Program-made: the position numbers and the translations under genes
DNA from: Guillardia theta CCMP2712
Taxonomy: Eukaryota; Protista; Cryptophyta
Direction: 5' to 3'
NCBI RefSeq assembly: GCF_000315625.1
Contig: NW_005434670.1
Coordinates: forward strand, 682,016 to 746,015
Length of the DNA stretch: 64,000 bases
In this document: positions 35,196 through 48,703 of the stretch, one piece after another
Layout of the letters: each line of letters opens with the position of its first letter
Position numbering within the stretch: the stretch's first letter is position 1
Notes under the pieces: generated by a model
Seen by the model: only the letters and a program-made list of their open reading frames with translations
Told to the model about the DNA's origin: nothing
The model's database searches: none

Positions 35196-38100
35196 CTACT
35201 GTCCCTTCCCTGCCTTCCTCGAGCTCGTCAAGACGTCCATGAGGATGCTAGAGGAGGACGCGAACTGCTCTAGGACTCCTTCGGCGGAGAGGAGGTCGGT
35301 CGAGAGGAGGTGCAGCTTCACTCCGTCTGCGTACAACCACAGTGAGCGACAAGACTGAGAGGAGAAGCCATGGAGACGAGGGACACCAGCACCAGCGAGA
35401 ACAGCAGCGCTAGGAGGGCTACGAGCAAAGCGAGCGGTACCAGGAGAAGCAACAAGAGCAGCAGGTAGAAAATGAGCAGGAGAAAGACTGGTGGGAAAAT
35501 CACAGGTGGGAGGACAAGGACAAGGACAAGGACAAGGAGGAGCGGCGGCGGCGGCAGAAGCAGCAGGCTCACTTGCAAACTCTCCCACATCCCGGACTGC
35601 AAGAGCCTCATCCGCAGTGACGCCTCCTGTTGGCGACAGGTGAGGGCAGCAGGTACGGGCGCCTCCTCTCACCCATGACAAAGATGAACACGGCTTCGCA
35701 TCCCTCCCCGATGTTCCTCCCGCTGCCCGACGAGCTCACGCTGGACAGGAAGGACGAGCCCAGCTGAAGAGCTCGTCCCAAGGAGGAGGAGCCCTTCCCT
35801 CCTCCTCCCCCTCCCCCTTGGGTTTCGTCTCCGCTGCTGTGGACGTACAAGGAGGAGAGTGTGTGTTTGCCCTCGGCGACTTTCCTCGTCACTGCAGCAG
35901 GAGATGAGAGGAGAGGAGAGGAGAGGAGAGGAGAGGGGGGCAGAGAGAGGCTCACGGGTCTCCAGGACGGGAAGGTAGGAGGAAGGAACTTCTTCTGTTC
36001 CTGCGCTCTCGGCCATCTCGACACAGCACCTCCTGCATGTTCGTCAGCCTGCACGCCAGGGACGCAGTGAGCTCACCAGTGCTTTCTTGCTACCCACACG
36101 AGCGTTTGGATCATCTTCCCTGCCTCCTCCTCGCAGTCTTGCTTCGTATGCGAGGACGGGGAAAGCGAAACTTGCTGGCGACCATCCGTCACTGAAGCTG
36201 TCTTCTTCCATCTTCCCCTCCTCCTTCTCTTCCTCCTTCCCGTCCTTCCTCTCCTCTCCCTCCCCTCACCTGCCAGAGAGCTTCTGCGATAGCCGACTGG
36301 AGGAGGAGGAGGGGCGGCGACTCGTGGACTTCTCCTAGGGCTTCGGACAGACTTCTCTGCCTGCGAGGGGAGCGTGACGGATACAGCAGCTGGTCTCCTC
36401 CGCATACCCGAGCAGCCCGAAGGAGAAAAGCAGGAGCTCAACGAGGTCACGGAAGGTGAGGCGATCCTTAGCATCATCGTCGTCGCTGTGGATCAAGACT
36501 GATCAGAGGGATCTGCAACCTCGGTTTCATCACAGCAGTTGGCACCTGCTCTCCCGCCGCGTGAAGGAGGTAAAGAGGTCGATGAGCTGCTGCACGACCT
36601 GCTCTTCCTCTCAGACACCTCGCAGTTCTCCCCCCTCCTCAACCTCTTCCGCAATCCCATCCGATGCCGCCAGCTCCATGAGTTTCGCTGCGTTTCTCTT
36701 CTGGACGAAGGTAGAGAGCTTCCCTTCCTCCCCCGCCCCCCCTGTCTCCTCGCACACGCGAGCGACGACTCGACACATCTGCATACGGTGTCACGTTGGG
36801 TCTGCGAAGGACAAGGAAGAGGCTTCGAACCTCAAGGAAGGAATGGTACTTGAGGAGGAAGGATGCTTTATCCTCCCTGCTCGCCGGTATGAGTTGCAAC
36901 AGGGCATTGAGCCGATCGCTGCTTCTCCCATCCCCTGCCACCATTGGCAATTGTCATTGTCCTGGCTGCGATTGCGCAAGACAGGCACCTGTTGTCTTCA
37001 ACAGATCGTCGTCAATATGGTGCTCTCTATCAACTCCATGTCAGAAAATAACTTGACCGGCACTGCAGATCATCACCGCAAGATTTCCTCTAGCCTGCCG
37101 ACAAGGAAGTCAAGGCAATCGGGGATTTCTGTCTGCCATGCTGATCAGCTGCATGGTTGCCGTGGGTGAAAGACATGTGGTAATGGAGACAAGATCTGAA
37201 ATCATCGCACACCTGAGAGAAAGACCTCAGAATCTGCTTCGACTGCGCGTCATTCATCGACAACAAGTCGTCAACACTCTTGGTGTCCCTCACTGGGCTG
37301 AAAGTTAGGACGGGGCACTGGCGTACATCTCCAGCATGACATACCACCATGACGATGCCACAAGATGTGGGACAGCGCCGATCTCTGAAGCAAAGGCGAT
37401 GAGGCTGCAAGGAGATCCGACTCCCTGTCCAGGATGAGGAGCTGTGCTCGCTTGAAGAGAGCCTCCTCCTGCCACATCTCCTGCTTCGCCTTCTCCTTCA
37501 CTCTTCCGGATACGGCCTTCATCGCAGAGGCCAGAGCGTTTGGCCGAGCGCCCATTGCAAATACGTCGTATCCTGCCTGGCAGAAAAACTCCAGAAAGCT
37601 CGAAACCTGAATGGCTAGCTGACTATACTCAAGGGACTTGGCGCTGCTGCAGAACGGGAGGTCGTCCGCCCCTCTGAAGAGGAAGAGTGGGATAGGTAGG
37701 ATGTCAACAGTCTGGATGAACACAGGGAGAAGCTTGCTCTTGCTCTCCGGCTCCACGGTTTGAGGAGCACAGCAGTACAATGAAACTCTGAACCCCTCCT
37801 GCTCCAGAAGGTCGACCGCGGCATCCACAGCGTCTGTGCGGCATGAGACCAGAAGAGTGCATTCATTGCACTGATCCTTCTCACCCAGCTCTCTGAACCA
37901 TCCTTCCCCGTGTAGCCGACTGACTTCGCTCAGGGCTATAGCTCCCAGTGCTCCCCTGTAGAGGACGTTACTGAGAAGAGCTGGGTCCGACCGGAACACG
38001 CTTGCTACATGGTCATCGAGCAGCACGAGCGACCTCTCAACCTTGACACGTCCGACGTTCACTGACTGCAGGCCCTTCACAACAGCCACTGCCGCCGACA

Positions 38101-38209
38101 TGCCCGCCCGACCTCGTCTAGGCTGCTTCAAGCTCGCATTGCACAAGCAGGCAGGTCCGAGTTCTTTCCCCCCAATCAAGTCCTTGCTGTCCTTGCTATC
38201 TTCCTTCAT
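35196..38209 (-). CDS. Sec1/Munc18 (SM) family protein, SCFD2/MIP3-like
   Basis: SLVLLDD N-terminus, AQLLILDRESDLLAA, EAVFIFVMG-GVTADE and LHLLSTDLLS are SM-family hallmarks; multi-exon. Confidence 0.72.
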
Positions 38210-38211
38210 GA

Positions 38212-38870
38212 CCTGAGGTGGGCTCGGCTGACCCTCAGCAGGCTGGGCCCCCGGGCCGCCGCGCCGGGCGGCCGCGGCCCGGGCTCGGACTCCCGGAGTC
38301 CGACCACTCAGCCCAGCCTACTCTGACTGCCGGCAGGCCCGTGCCGCTCGGTCCTATCGATCGGATCCGCCCCCGGACCGTCGTCGGCGCCCGCGGGGTT
38401 TATGGATGCAGTTCCACTGAGAGTTGCCAGCCGCTGAGCCGGCCTGTAGGGGTCCGACCCTGACCCTAGTAGCGGCGCCCGATCTACCACCGGTCATACC
38501 GTAGGCTACCCCGCCCCGCGGCCTGCCGGGAACCCTTCGGTCCAATAGTAAAATGATGGGGTGGGGTACTCAGGAGCCGCACAATTGTGACCCACCCCTA
38601 CCGTGACTAGTACCGAGGTCCATTGACCACCCTCCTCTTCTGAATAGAGTAGAGTCACAAAGGCACTAGCGCGGCCCACATCTCCCTACTAGCCCGCCGA
38701 TGCGTAAGGTACGTACCCCACCCCACCCTATTGGGATACTCACCCTCACCCCTACACGGTACCGGTGTCATTTACTTTCTACCCACCCCTAGTACTGTCA
38801 CTGATTCAAACCTGAAGTCACCCTACCCCTGGCTACTCGAATTTCAAAACTTCGGTTCCAGCCGCGGCCC
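38212..38870. promoter_or_regulatory. GC-rich island followed by an ACCCC/GGGGTA-rich tract; probable bidirectional promoter
   Basis: Lies between head-to-head SM and LIM-like genes and has the same composition as the other islands. Confidence 0.45.
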
Positions 38871-39217
38871 ATGCTGGATGTACGGTGCAGCATCACTGTG
38901 GATGCAGTGGCTGTATGATGATGAAGATCACGTGCATGAGCGTGCCGAAGAAGCGCATCTTCTGACGCGATAAAGAGACTTCGTATTATTCATCTAAATC
39001 TGACTTGATCTAGAGTACACAACCGTGTTTCACGTCATTAGATAAGGATGAGAAGAGTTTGATAGGCGTTCTTCTGTTTGTTCAATACGATAGAATAGGT
39101 GCAAGTGTCACATATACTGTCATAGTTTCATATAATTTCGTTCGAACTCCAAAATGACATCCAGAAATACTATCGTCAACAAAATACGTGCTGATCTTGT
39201 CTTTTTCCAGGTGAAGA

Positions 39218-41140
39218 ATGCAGCAATATTATGTCAGGACTGTTCCTGCAGGGCAGCAAATGCAAGCTCCCATGATGATGCCCTCACCACAGAAAACCTA
39301 CATATATCAGCAGCAAGCTCCTGAAATGAGGACATTTTCCCATCCCACCGGGATGAATATGAATCAGAATCAGATAAATCAGGTTCTGTATCGATCTTCC
39401 ATGGATAACCAGGATCGGCAAAGCAATTTCATTCCCATGCAAGCTGGCAGTCGGATGCAACAGCCGAGCCGTTCTCCACAGTATCCGAGTTATGCTAGGA
39501 TGCCAAACTCGCAGACTGTGAATCAATATTCTGTCCCCCAAGGTGGAATGATGCCTCAAGGAGGTATGGACGCAGTTTGTTTTGAAATGGATCTTTGCTT
39601 TGCCCAGAGTGTTGAGTCGTGATTGACTGCAGGATCCATGCCGATCAATCGGACGGTGGTGTCGAACTCACCCCGACAAGGCCCCAGGACTAGTCAGGTG
39701 TCTGAGATGCGAAAGCAAGGAGTGCTGTTCACTCACGCCACGTGTCCAGCAGGTTCCATACAATCAAATGAATCAGAGCCCTGCTGGCCCGAAACCGAAT
39801 GCCCCACAGGGTCCCAGAGGCTTCCGCACCGTCCAGGTCCCGAATATGCTAAAGCCTCCGCAACAGCCAAACATGAATGTAAGTGATTGAAGGAATGGAT
39901 GAGCATTTCCTACCCTTGACCTGGCTTAGGATGGAAACTATCAAGGAGTCATCAACTCCGGACAACAGATGCCCAATTCTTGGAGGTCTTTGAAATCAGC
40001 TGCGTGTTGTGGAATACTTCTGACGTGAGTTTCCAGACCTCAAGAAGCCAAAGACGCAGAGATTGCAAAACTACGATCAGAATTAGATCAAGCGCTTGGT
40101 CGGGAAAGGCAGCTTTTGTCTCTTGTTGAAGAACTGCGTGATCAATTGAACCAATTGAAATCTTCCCTTTCTTCAAGACCTAAGCCAGAGGCACCTCCAA
40201 TGCAGGTCTGCTGTGTTATCATGGACTGAGAGTCATTTAATGCATTCATTACAGCAACCATTACCCAACGTAAAGGAAGAGCTTGTCTCACAAAGATCCA
40301 CCAGCCCAGCCCCAATCTCGAAGGGGCAGTGTGGCAATTGCATCCATCAAGTGAGAACTTGCGTTGATGCGTGCATAAGATTCATTTCCTTACCACTGGC
40401 GAAGGTGTGGAGTGACGAGGAACGCGTGAAGAGTGAAGATGGTGTTTACTTCCACAAGCAATGCTATGAACGTGCGATGTCAGAAAAATCCAAAGCACCA
40501 ACGAATCAGACAGAAGATTACAGCAAGAGCTCGATGTTGTCACCCAATCAACCATTTTCACTTGCAGGCCAAGTTCCCATGTACGATGAGACGTTGAAAA
40601 ATACAGCACCTCATACAGTCAAAGTATGTCCTCAGCAATGATCATCATGACAAAGTAACGAAAGTTGTTCTTTAGTTGATCAAAAATTCGGACGGATTCA
40701 AGCCAATGGTCGTGGACAAGAAGCCAATGAATTCTGTTCCAACCATCCGAACATCACGAGGCAAGTGTGGAAGCTGCAAACTTGAGGTCAACATTTCTCC
40801 AGCATGATGATCACGTGATGAAAACTTACACTTTTACAGGTGTACAATGATGAGGAGAGATGCTCTCACGAAGGCGTGTACTATCATAAGACTTGTTTTG
40901 AAATCACCCATGGACAAGCAATAATTGAGGTTTTGTTTGATTCCTTTGTATCGTTCCTGTTTAACGATGGAAAAAGGAAAACTTCTCAAGCGACGCTGTC
41001 CAGATGTAAGGACAGAAATCAAGCCATTCACCATGCTGGCTCGATACATTTATTCTTCGAGGTCGAAAGAGGATATTGGTATTCATCAACTTCTGGATGT
41101 TATAAATCTACAAAAGGCATTCAAGAGCGATTGCCCTTGA
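39218..41140 (+). CDS. Q/P/M-rich protein with two LIM-type single zinc fingers
   Basis: CGNCIHQ|VWSDEERVKSEDGVYFHKQC and CGSCKLE|VYNDEERCSHEGVYYHKTC (CxxC..HxxC); many short introns. Confidence 0.68.
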
Positions 41141-41386
41141 TATTGTCATCATCATTAGCTTTGATTGGAAGCTTCGATGTTGAATTGTCTCGAAGCAAAC
41201 TCCTGAGATGCAATGGGACTGCCTCCAAACATTTATCAGAGCTGCCATTTGTTATCAGAATCGATCAGAGCATTCCAAGGAGTGAACTCACCTGGGCAAA
41301 AAGCCTCCATTCTCAATAAGATTTTCCAACATCATGCCAAGATTGTTTCTCTGCGAGACGATGAGAAGTGTCCAACATTCCAAATG

Positions 41387-41484
41387 TCATCCAAGAATAC
41401 AGTACGTTATCATCAAAATCATCCAAGAATACAGTACGATATCATCAAAATCATCCAAGAATACAGTACGATATCATCAAAATC
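41387..41484. repeat. 32-bp tandem repeat x3 (TCATCCAAGAATACAGTACGATATCATCAAAA)
   Basis: Units start at 41387, 41419 and 41451, with one mismatch. Confidence 0.95.
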
Positions 41485-41522
41485 TTGATTTCTCTTTGTT
41501 GGCTTGATTCTCCTATCTATGC

Positions 41523-42666
41523 TCATGATCGCCTAGAGATGATAAGAACAAATAACGCGTTTGAAAGAGTTTTGTTTTGCACCTTGGCACAGTAGTGCAA
41601 GGGGTTTTGCGAGTAGACGTTCATAGCGTTTGGATCAGCTTTTCTTCGCAGTAGCTCCTCAACCTGCTCCATGCTCAGGTCTAGTTGCAAGGCAACCAAG
41701 CGCAACCACAGAGATGTTCCTCGACGTCACGGCAGCGTACAAGGGCGTCTCTCCCATGCTGTTCTTAGCTTCGATGCTGGCACGGAAGCGAAGGAGTAAG
41801 ATGATCACATTGCGGTCAGCCTGAAGCAGCGTCAGTGGAGGAGAGGAACGTCCATTCCAAGCATTCCTTGGCTGCCGCATGATGCAATGCTGTGTTCCCC
41901 GAGCCATCGGGAGTATCGACTTTTGCCTGCACCTGCGACAGGGGGAATGACTCGCTCCTTCATCAACCGCCTGTGCCTTTCCTTGGTCTCATCAACTTGC
42001 CGCCCTTGAAGGAGAAGCTGAATGACCTCCACGCTTCCTCGCGATACTGCAGCATGCAGCGGGGTCCTGCCCTCCCCCTTGAGTTGTTGGGTCGCATCTT
42101 GCATCAAAGAACGCGCGTTGACGTCTGCCCTGTGCGCTATCAGGTACTCCACCGTCTCGACGCTTCCACTCTCGCACGCAAAGTGTAAAGGCGTGTAGCC
42201 TGCCGGTCAGAGCGAGTGAGGGCGGGGCAGGATCTTGCTCAAGAACTGACCAGTGTTGAGCTTTTGAATGTCGACGAGCGCCTTTTTCTCTATCAAAGCC
42301 TCGCAGGCTTCACGTTGCCCGTTGGAAGCAGCGTAATGCAGGGGAACCATGCCTGCAGCAAGTGAGCGGCAGCTATACCAACAGGTGGCCTTAGACCTGA
42401 ATCATCGGAGGCGTTGACGTCCAGCTCCGGCATCACAGCCTTGGGCAGTCTGAGGGCCAGCAGCTCATGCACCTGCAGACGAGCTGGTGATGAGACGGAC
42501 AGACGCTGGAGGTTGCCTGCGCTGATCCGTGGAGAGCAAGACGATGCAACATCCCTGCTCCAGGCGCTTCCACGAAATTCATGCTCGTCATTGCTGGCAT
42601 ACAGGATGTCACTCGTAAAGACGCAGCTGATCGCAGACCTTGCTTGCGGACAGTGTTGGATGCCAT
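41523..42666 (-). CDS. Ankyrin repeat protein
   Basis: GMVPLHYAASNG, GYTPLHFACESG, GRTPLHAAVSRG, GNTALHHAA, GETPLYAAV, QNPLHYCA across exons. Confidence 0.9.
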
Positions 42667-43359
42667 ACGGCTTTCTTGCGGGAGAAAGACTCTCTCTTCC
42701 TCTCTGTCTTCATCCCGCTGTCTCGTTTCCCTGGTGGTCGAGCCGATGGTCTTGGCTGCGGTCTAATGCTTCACATGAGGAGCAGGAGGGAGCAGCGACT
42801 CACCCTGCCTGCTTGTGCTGGTCGTGCTCATCCTCCAACAGCTCCTGCTTGCCCGCGTTCGCGCAGCCTCTCCACCATGCGCGTCACTCCGACGTCAGGT
42901 CACTCATGGTGAAGGAAATGTGCGGGCCTACCACGCCGCCGAGAAAATGGCGAGGGGGAAGGCGGTGGAGCAGAGTGAACGAGAGCTTGAGGAAGAAGAG
43001 AGGAGGAGGGAAGTTGAGGGAGAGGCAGAGGAGGAGGTCAAGGTTGCTTTATTCGTAGACCATCAGGTGTAACAAGTCCTCACAGATGATTCCATGTAGC
43101 CTATCCAAGAATCAGAGCAGGAGAACAAGTCATCAACTCACTGTTGACTCCATTGTGACGTGCGACAGGCACAGCTGCCTTGTCTGGATCGAGTGTTGCA
43201 GGAAAGCTTGGAGAAGTCACATGAGGAACATGCAGTACTTCGGAGCTTCGCTGCAACTCTGCGATCTTTACCTTGACCTCCTCGTTTTTGATTCCGCTAG
43301 GTTCCCATCACGTTTGAGCAAACCTACCCTGTTGCAATCAACTCATACCTGCTTGTAAC

Positions 43360-45055
43360 CACCTCGTCGAGAATCGTTGAGATCTTGAATAAACCAAGTA
43401 TAAGAAGCTAACAAAAAGTGGAACTCAGATACCCTCTTGATGTCTTGTTTTCTCTGTTCTGCAACCTGACATTTCACAAGATCACTGTTTTCAAAAGCAA
43501 AAATCGTAGTGATTGTATGCTTACTGTCCTATTCAAAGCATCCAATTGTGCTCGAAAGGAATTCTCTTGCTGAAACAGCTGCTGCTCTCGGGATCTTACA
43601 GCTTCCCTTAAGGTCTCATTGCTCAGCTCCACACGTTTCAAACTCTCTCTAATCTTGAGCATTTCTGTATAAAATGTTTGAGAGTCTCATCAGCACAGCA
43701 TGAACAGTACCAACCTTGTTCGAGCGCATCTCTGTGTTGACCCATGGCAGCCTGTCAAAACATGCATATGACTTCTTGTCATGTCGTTGTTGGTGATCGC
43801 AGGCTTCTTACCGGGCCCCTGGGCAAGTCGCTGTGAGAGGCTTCATGGACCTGCGGTTGTTCTTGCTGAGCTGGAAAGCGCGAAAAGGATCGGGAGAGTC
43901 CCGCAGCCTGCAAGCCTGAGGATGAGGAGAAACAGGAGGAGGAGGAGAAAGAGGAGGAAGAGGAGGAGAAAGAAGAAGAAAGTGTTGAACAAAGAGAAGA
44001 AGAGGAGGAAGAGGACGAGGAAGTGGACGAAGCTTGACCTCAACGACTGAAGGTTGTAAGTTGTGACGGATGGTGGCCGGAACTCGACTTGAGGAGCTGA
44101 AGATCGCCGGACAAACAGGCTCAGGGGGTGGGGTGGGGGGACAACGGGGGTGGCGATGGTGGTGATGGCAAGAGGGGGTGGGGGGGATGTGGGGAGGGAA
44201 GAAGAGGCTGTGAGCACCTCGAGCCGCTCGACGTCTGTTCTTGCTGCTCATGTTGATATCATCGACACATGAGCAAGACACTTGGCGATCAGTCGCACCG
44301 GCGAGATCTCGTCGAGCGCGATCGCTGAAGCATTGCCCGAGAGAAACCTTGAGTAGGTAGATTGAGAGGTTGGCCTGATCAACGAGGATGAGCAAGGGAG
44401 AGAGGGCGAGAGAGGGGAGGGAGAGGGAGGGAGGGAGAGGGAGGGAGGGAGGGAGGGAGGGAGGGAGGGAGGGAGGGAGGAGGGAGGGAGGGAGGGAGGG
44501 AGGGAGGGAGGTGCTCGTAACTTTCCAAGACGCAGGGGAGGTTGACCAGGAAGATGAATCGCTGGAAGGGGGGAGGCTCGAGACTCTGAAGTTCCACCGA
44601 CCATCACATCAGCTCGTCAGGTTCAGATTGCGTCTTACCAGGAGAGTTGGTCGTTTTCTGGTCGTTGATGATGATGGTAGCAGATCCTTGTTGTCGTTCA
44701 TTCTCCTCCTCCTCCTCCTCCTCCTCCTCCTCCTCCTCTCTTCCTCCTCCTCCTCCTCCCTCACCTTTGAAATACTTGTCTGGAAGTCTCAGGGCCTTCG
44801 ATCATCACATCCTCGTCATTGTTTCTTCTGGCATCACAGTTTCTCCCACCTTGTCGGCTCGACGAATCGTGTCCTCGTAGCTCTCCATCCTCCCCTGTCA
44901 GCTATCAGTCTTCACTTGGCAACCTCATTTTGTGCATTACTTGAGTAGTTCGACGTCTTGTCGCTTCAAGCAGGTCTGCTTTTCCTAGCCTCCTCTTCCC
45001 TTCCAGCAGCTGCAGTTGAGACCTGCTAGCTACATTCAGTACACTGTGACTCATG
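43360..45055 (-). CDS. Hypothetical multi-exon coiled-coil protein
   Basis: Exon MLKIRESLKRVELSNETLREAVRSREQQLFQQENSFRAQLDALNR and other charged helical fragments; boundaries uncertain. Confidence 0.4.
44420..44510. repeat. (GGGA)n microsatellite (probably intronic)
   Basis: Directly visible. Confidence 0.9.
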
Positions 45056-45222
45056 GATTCGTCGTTTCAAGCTCCACATCAGACAAGTCGCTTCAAGCAT
45101 GAAGACGCTGATGCTTGATAACAATAACTGATTGAAGCCCCGGCTGCTAAGCACCATAGCGGCTGCGTAAGAGTTTCGATCCGATCTCAGTTAGAAGTCT
45201 AAGAGTCTAAGGGCTGGTGGGA

Positions 45223-45289
<67 letters not shown>
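45223..45289. repeat. (CCTGCT)n hexamer microsatellite, about 11 copies
   Basis: Directly visible. Confidence 0.95.
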
Positions 45290-46105
45290 AGTCGGTAGGC
45301 CCTCACACACCTCGCCTGCTAGCTAGCTTGCCGGCATGTCGTCCGTTACTCTCATTACCAGCTGCCCGTTACAGCCTCTCCAATGACCCCACCATGACCT
45401 ACCCACTTTCAGGTCAGCTTTCATCAGACTACCCTATCTTCTGACTTCAGAAAAGGCTATAGATCACCCCTTGTCCTCACTACCCCCCATGCTCGTTCTC
45501 CGTGTTTCCTCTTCATGGGCGCTCTTCTCATGAGGGTGCTACGAAGTACGAGCGTTCCGTCTCAACCGAGCATGCACGAGCATCAGAGGAGACGCTACGA
45601 AGAAGAGAGACGAAGAGAGATGTAGGATGAGAGAGGAGAGAGGAGAGCGGAGAGAAGAAAGACAGAGGAATAGGGGCCATGAAGGAACAAGAGCGAGGAA
45701 AACAAGGTGGAGAAGTGGTGAGCAAACCAACACACGTTTGATGAAACTCATTTAGATTTCCTATGAAGAGAGCAAAGACTTGCTGTGTCTGGCTGTGTCT
45801 GCCGTTTGAGACAGAGATTGATGCGAACCTTTGCATGCCAAAGAGCAAAGGTTCTCAAACAATGGACGATCTCTAGGAGATCTATGCAGCATGAGTTTTG
45901 AGGACTGCAAAGACCGTTAAGGTAGCGGAGACTGAAGCTCATAGTTAGAGACGCAGATATGTGAGGCCAGAGAGCTTGTTCGTAAATCGCCCGCAACGAT
46001 AATGTCTTTATTTTCCATGCCGACGATCATGGCACTGCCTGCATCCTATAGATCGTGTAACATTTCCTGCAGGTTTGATGGTTAGCGTCAACGGATTCTG
46101 AGACC

Positions 46106-47330
46106 ATGATTCTCATTGCCGGGACCACAGGGGTTTTGACCCTCTGGGATGAAGAGACTCGAGTTCAAGTGGGTGAGAGTTGGGCTGGGCATCGCGGGAA
46201 CATCAACTGCTTCAAGTTTTCCCCAGACTGCCAGCAAGTTGCATCTGGTGGTGAGGACAAGTCGTTGAGGGTCTGGGATGTCAAAGAGGGAACTGAATTG
46301 GCTTCGCACAAGCCTGGCAAGGCAGCGCCCATCCATGCTCTCAGCTACAGCCCGTGCGGGAAGAACATTTTTGTTGCGAGAGACGACCGCACTGTCAGCG
46401 TTCACTGCTCGTCAACATGCAAGCAGCTAGGCATGCCATGGCTCGGGCACACTGGCCCCGTTTACACTGTAGCATGCAGCCCGTTCGGTGACATCGTGGT
46501 GTCCGGAGGATCTGACTTCAGGTGAAGCAAGTTGAGGTTCTTCAGTTGGATGTCTTGCTTGACCTTGTCGATGTTGTTTTGGCAGCCTCAGGATCTGGGA
46601 CGCTGAGAGTGGTAAGACTCGAGGAGCTTGGGAGGGCCACACGGGTGCCATTCGCATCGCTGAATTCAGCCCGAGTGGGAACATCATCGCGACGGGAGGT
46701 TATGACCGCATGATACGCTTGTGGGACGTTCGGTCAGCAAAACAGATAGAAAATATCTGGGCCCCGATGAAAGGGCACACGGCAGCAGTGAGGACACTCG
46801 CGTTCAGCCCTTGCGGGACGAAGCTGTCGAGTGGAGGGGCTGATACGACAGTGCGTGTGTGGGAGCTGGGCTCAGGAAAGCAGATCGGAGGAGGTTCCTG
46901 GAGGGCGCATGCATACTCTGTGTACGGAGTCTGTTTTGACAAGACCGGCAAGTTTTTGGCGGTGCGGTGCGCATGGATTTCTATCTGAGCTGCACTCTGA
47001 CCCGGTCTGATCTGTTTTCTCGTGAATGGCAGAGTGCCAGCTACGACAAGACTGTCAAGATTTGGGATCTTTCTACTGCTCGACTTGTTGGTGATCCCAT
47101 CGTTCCCGGCTTTCAGGTCTCCTGCGTCAGTTTTGTGCCGACGCAGGGAGAGAGCAATGCGATGGGCCAGAGGGGCCGAGCAGCTGGGGCCCAGGGCTCA
47201 ATTTTTGAGTCGTCGGAGCTGATGACAGAGGGCAATGAGACGGTGGGTGATGCTTTGAACAAAACACGTGAAGCTGATGCTGCTTGTAGAGTGATTCCGG
47301 TCCTTCCAACGTGAGGACCGCTGAAGACAT
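46106..47330 (+). CDS. WD40 repeat region (about 7 blades)
   Basis: GHRGNINCFKFSPD..SGGEDKSLRVWD; GHTGPVYTVACSP; GHTGAIRIAEFSP; GHTAAVRTLAFSP..VRVWE; SASYDKTVKIWD. Upstream exons may exist. Confidence 0.88.
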
Positions 47331-47466
47331 CAGGCTGTCGCAGGCATACCTGCACTGGAGGATCCTTGCTGACTTCTTGATTGGCCCGCAGCAGGTTGAC
47401 TTGTGAAGTGTGCCTGCGGCATGGCTGACTTGAATTCGTTCCCTGCTGCTCCCCTGTGTGCAACAG

Positions 47467-48575
47467 AAGACCAGGGGAGGAGGAGGGCGAAGCAGACGAG
47501 CAGCGGAAGCCTTGACTTTCCTAGATGGAGATGGCGGACCGGGCTACTGGGAAAGAGACCAGCGCGGAAATCGAGTGTGGGTATCGTACGGGAGAGGCAA
47601 AACCAACGACCAAGCCCAGGGAGGGGACGAGAACATGCAGGGTGACAATGGACAGGCACTAGACTCCGCGCCTCGCGATCAGGAAGTGCCTGCTGCTGGT
47701 TCTTCGCGGCAAGTGAGAGGCAACGAGAAGAGTTTTGAGGTCGGACAGAAGGTGATGTGCTCACAGCCGAAATCATGGTCGGAGATGACTGAGTGGTTCT
47801 CCTGCTCGCAGGTTCTTGCATTGTACAAGAATGGCGATTGGTATGAAGCTGAGGTACAGCAAATCTTTGATGGCAAGATCATCCTCAGGTTTCGACTCTC
47901 TTTGTTTCCGCCTGCACCAACTTACCCTGGTCGACTTGTTCTTCATCTTCCGTTGTCGCAGCTGGGATGATGGAGATACTTCTGACACGGTCAAGAACCC
48001 TGAACATGTGCGTCCCCGTGAGGGAAAAGAGCGCACGAAGCAAACGCGGGCAAGAGCGGTCGAGGAGCAGGAGCAGGAGGCGGACATGGAAGCGACGCGC
48101 GTTACGAGGAGGAGGTCGAAACTCAAGGCTCACACGTCGACCAAGGAGGGTGGAGGAGAAGCATCGGACAAGCAGGTCGAGGCCGACATGTCTCCATTTG
48201 CGATAGGGATGAAGGTGGCCAGAGAGGAGGAGGATGTGATGGGGGTTTGTTGACAGTGCGGGCAGGTGATGGGGCTGTACAAGAACGGCGACTGGTACGA
48301 AGCAGAGATCAAGGGGAAAGTAGGAGAAAAGTTCGAGCTGATGTGCTGCTAGTGATCCTCCTCTGCTCCCGATGCTCACCAGACGTGCAGATGGGCGGAC
48401 GGCGACAAGTCAGACACTCTCAAGCTGTCGAGAGAGATCCGAGTGCCCAACGAGGAAGATCTGAAGGAGATAGAGGAGAACAGACTGCGAGGGAAGAAGA
48501 GGGAGCGGAACCAGGCAGGGTTCAAGAGCCGGAAGGAAACAAGGAGCATGCAGAGGGGGGACAAGAAGAAGAAGC

Positions 48576-48638
<63 letters not shown>

Positions 48639-48655
48639 GGGACGAGGGCGAAGAG

Positions 48656-48703
<48 letters not shown>

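Noticed and set aside
41387-41484. CRISPR-like 32-bp repeats
   Set aside because: Head-to-tail units with no spacers, no cas genes, and a eukaryotic context.
42770-43360. Plus-strand gene with a signal-peptide-like stretch
   Set aside because: No in-frame ATG for the hydrophobic segment and no coherent exon chain.
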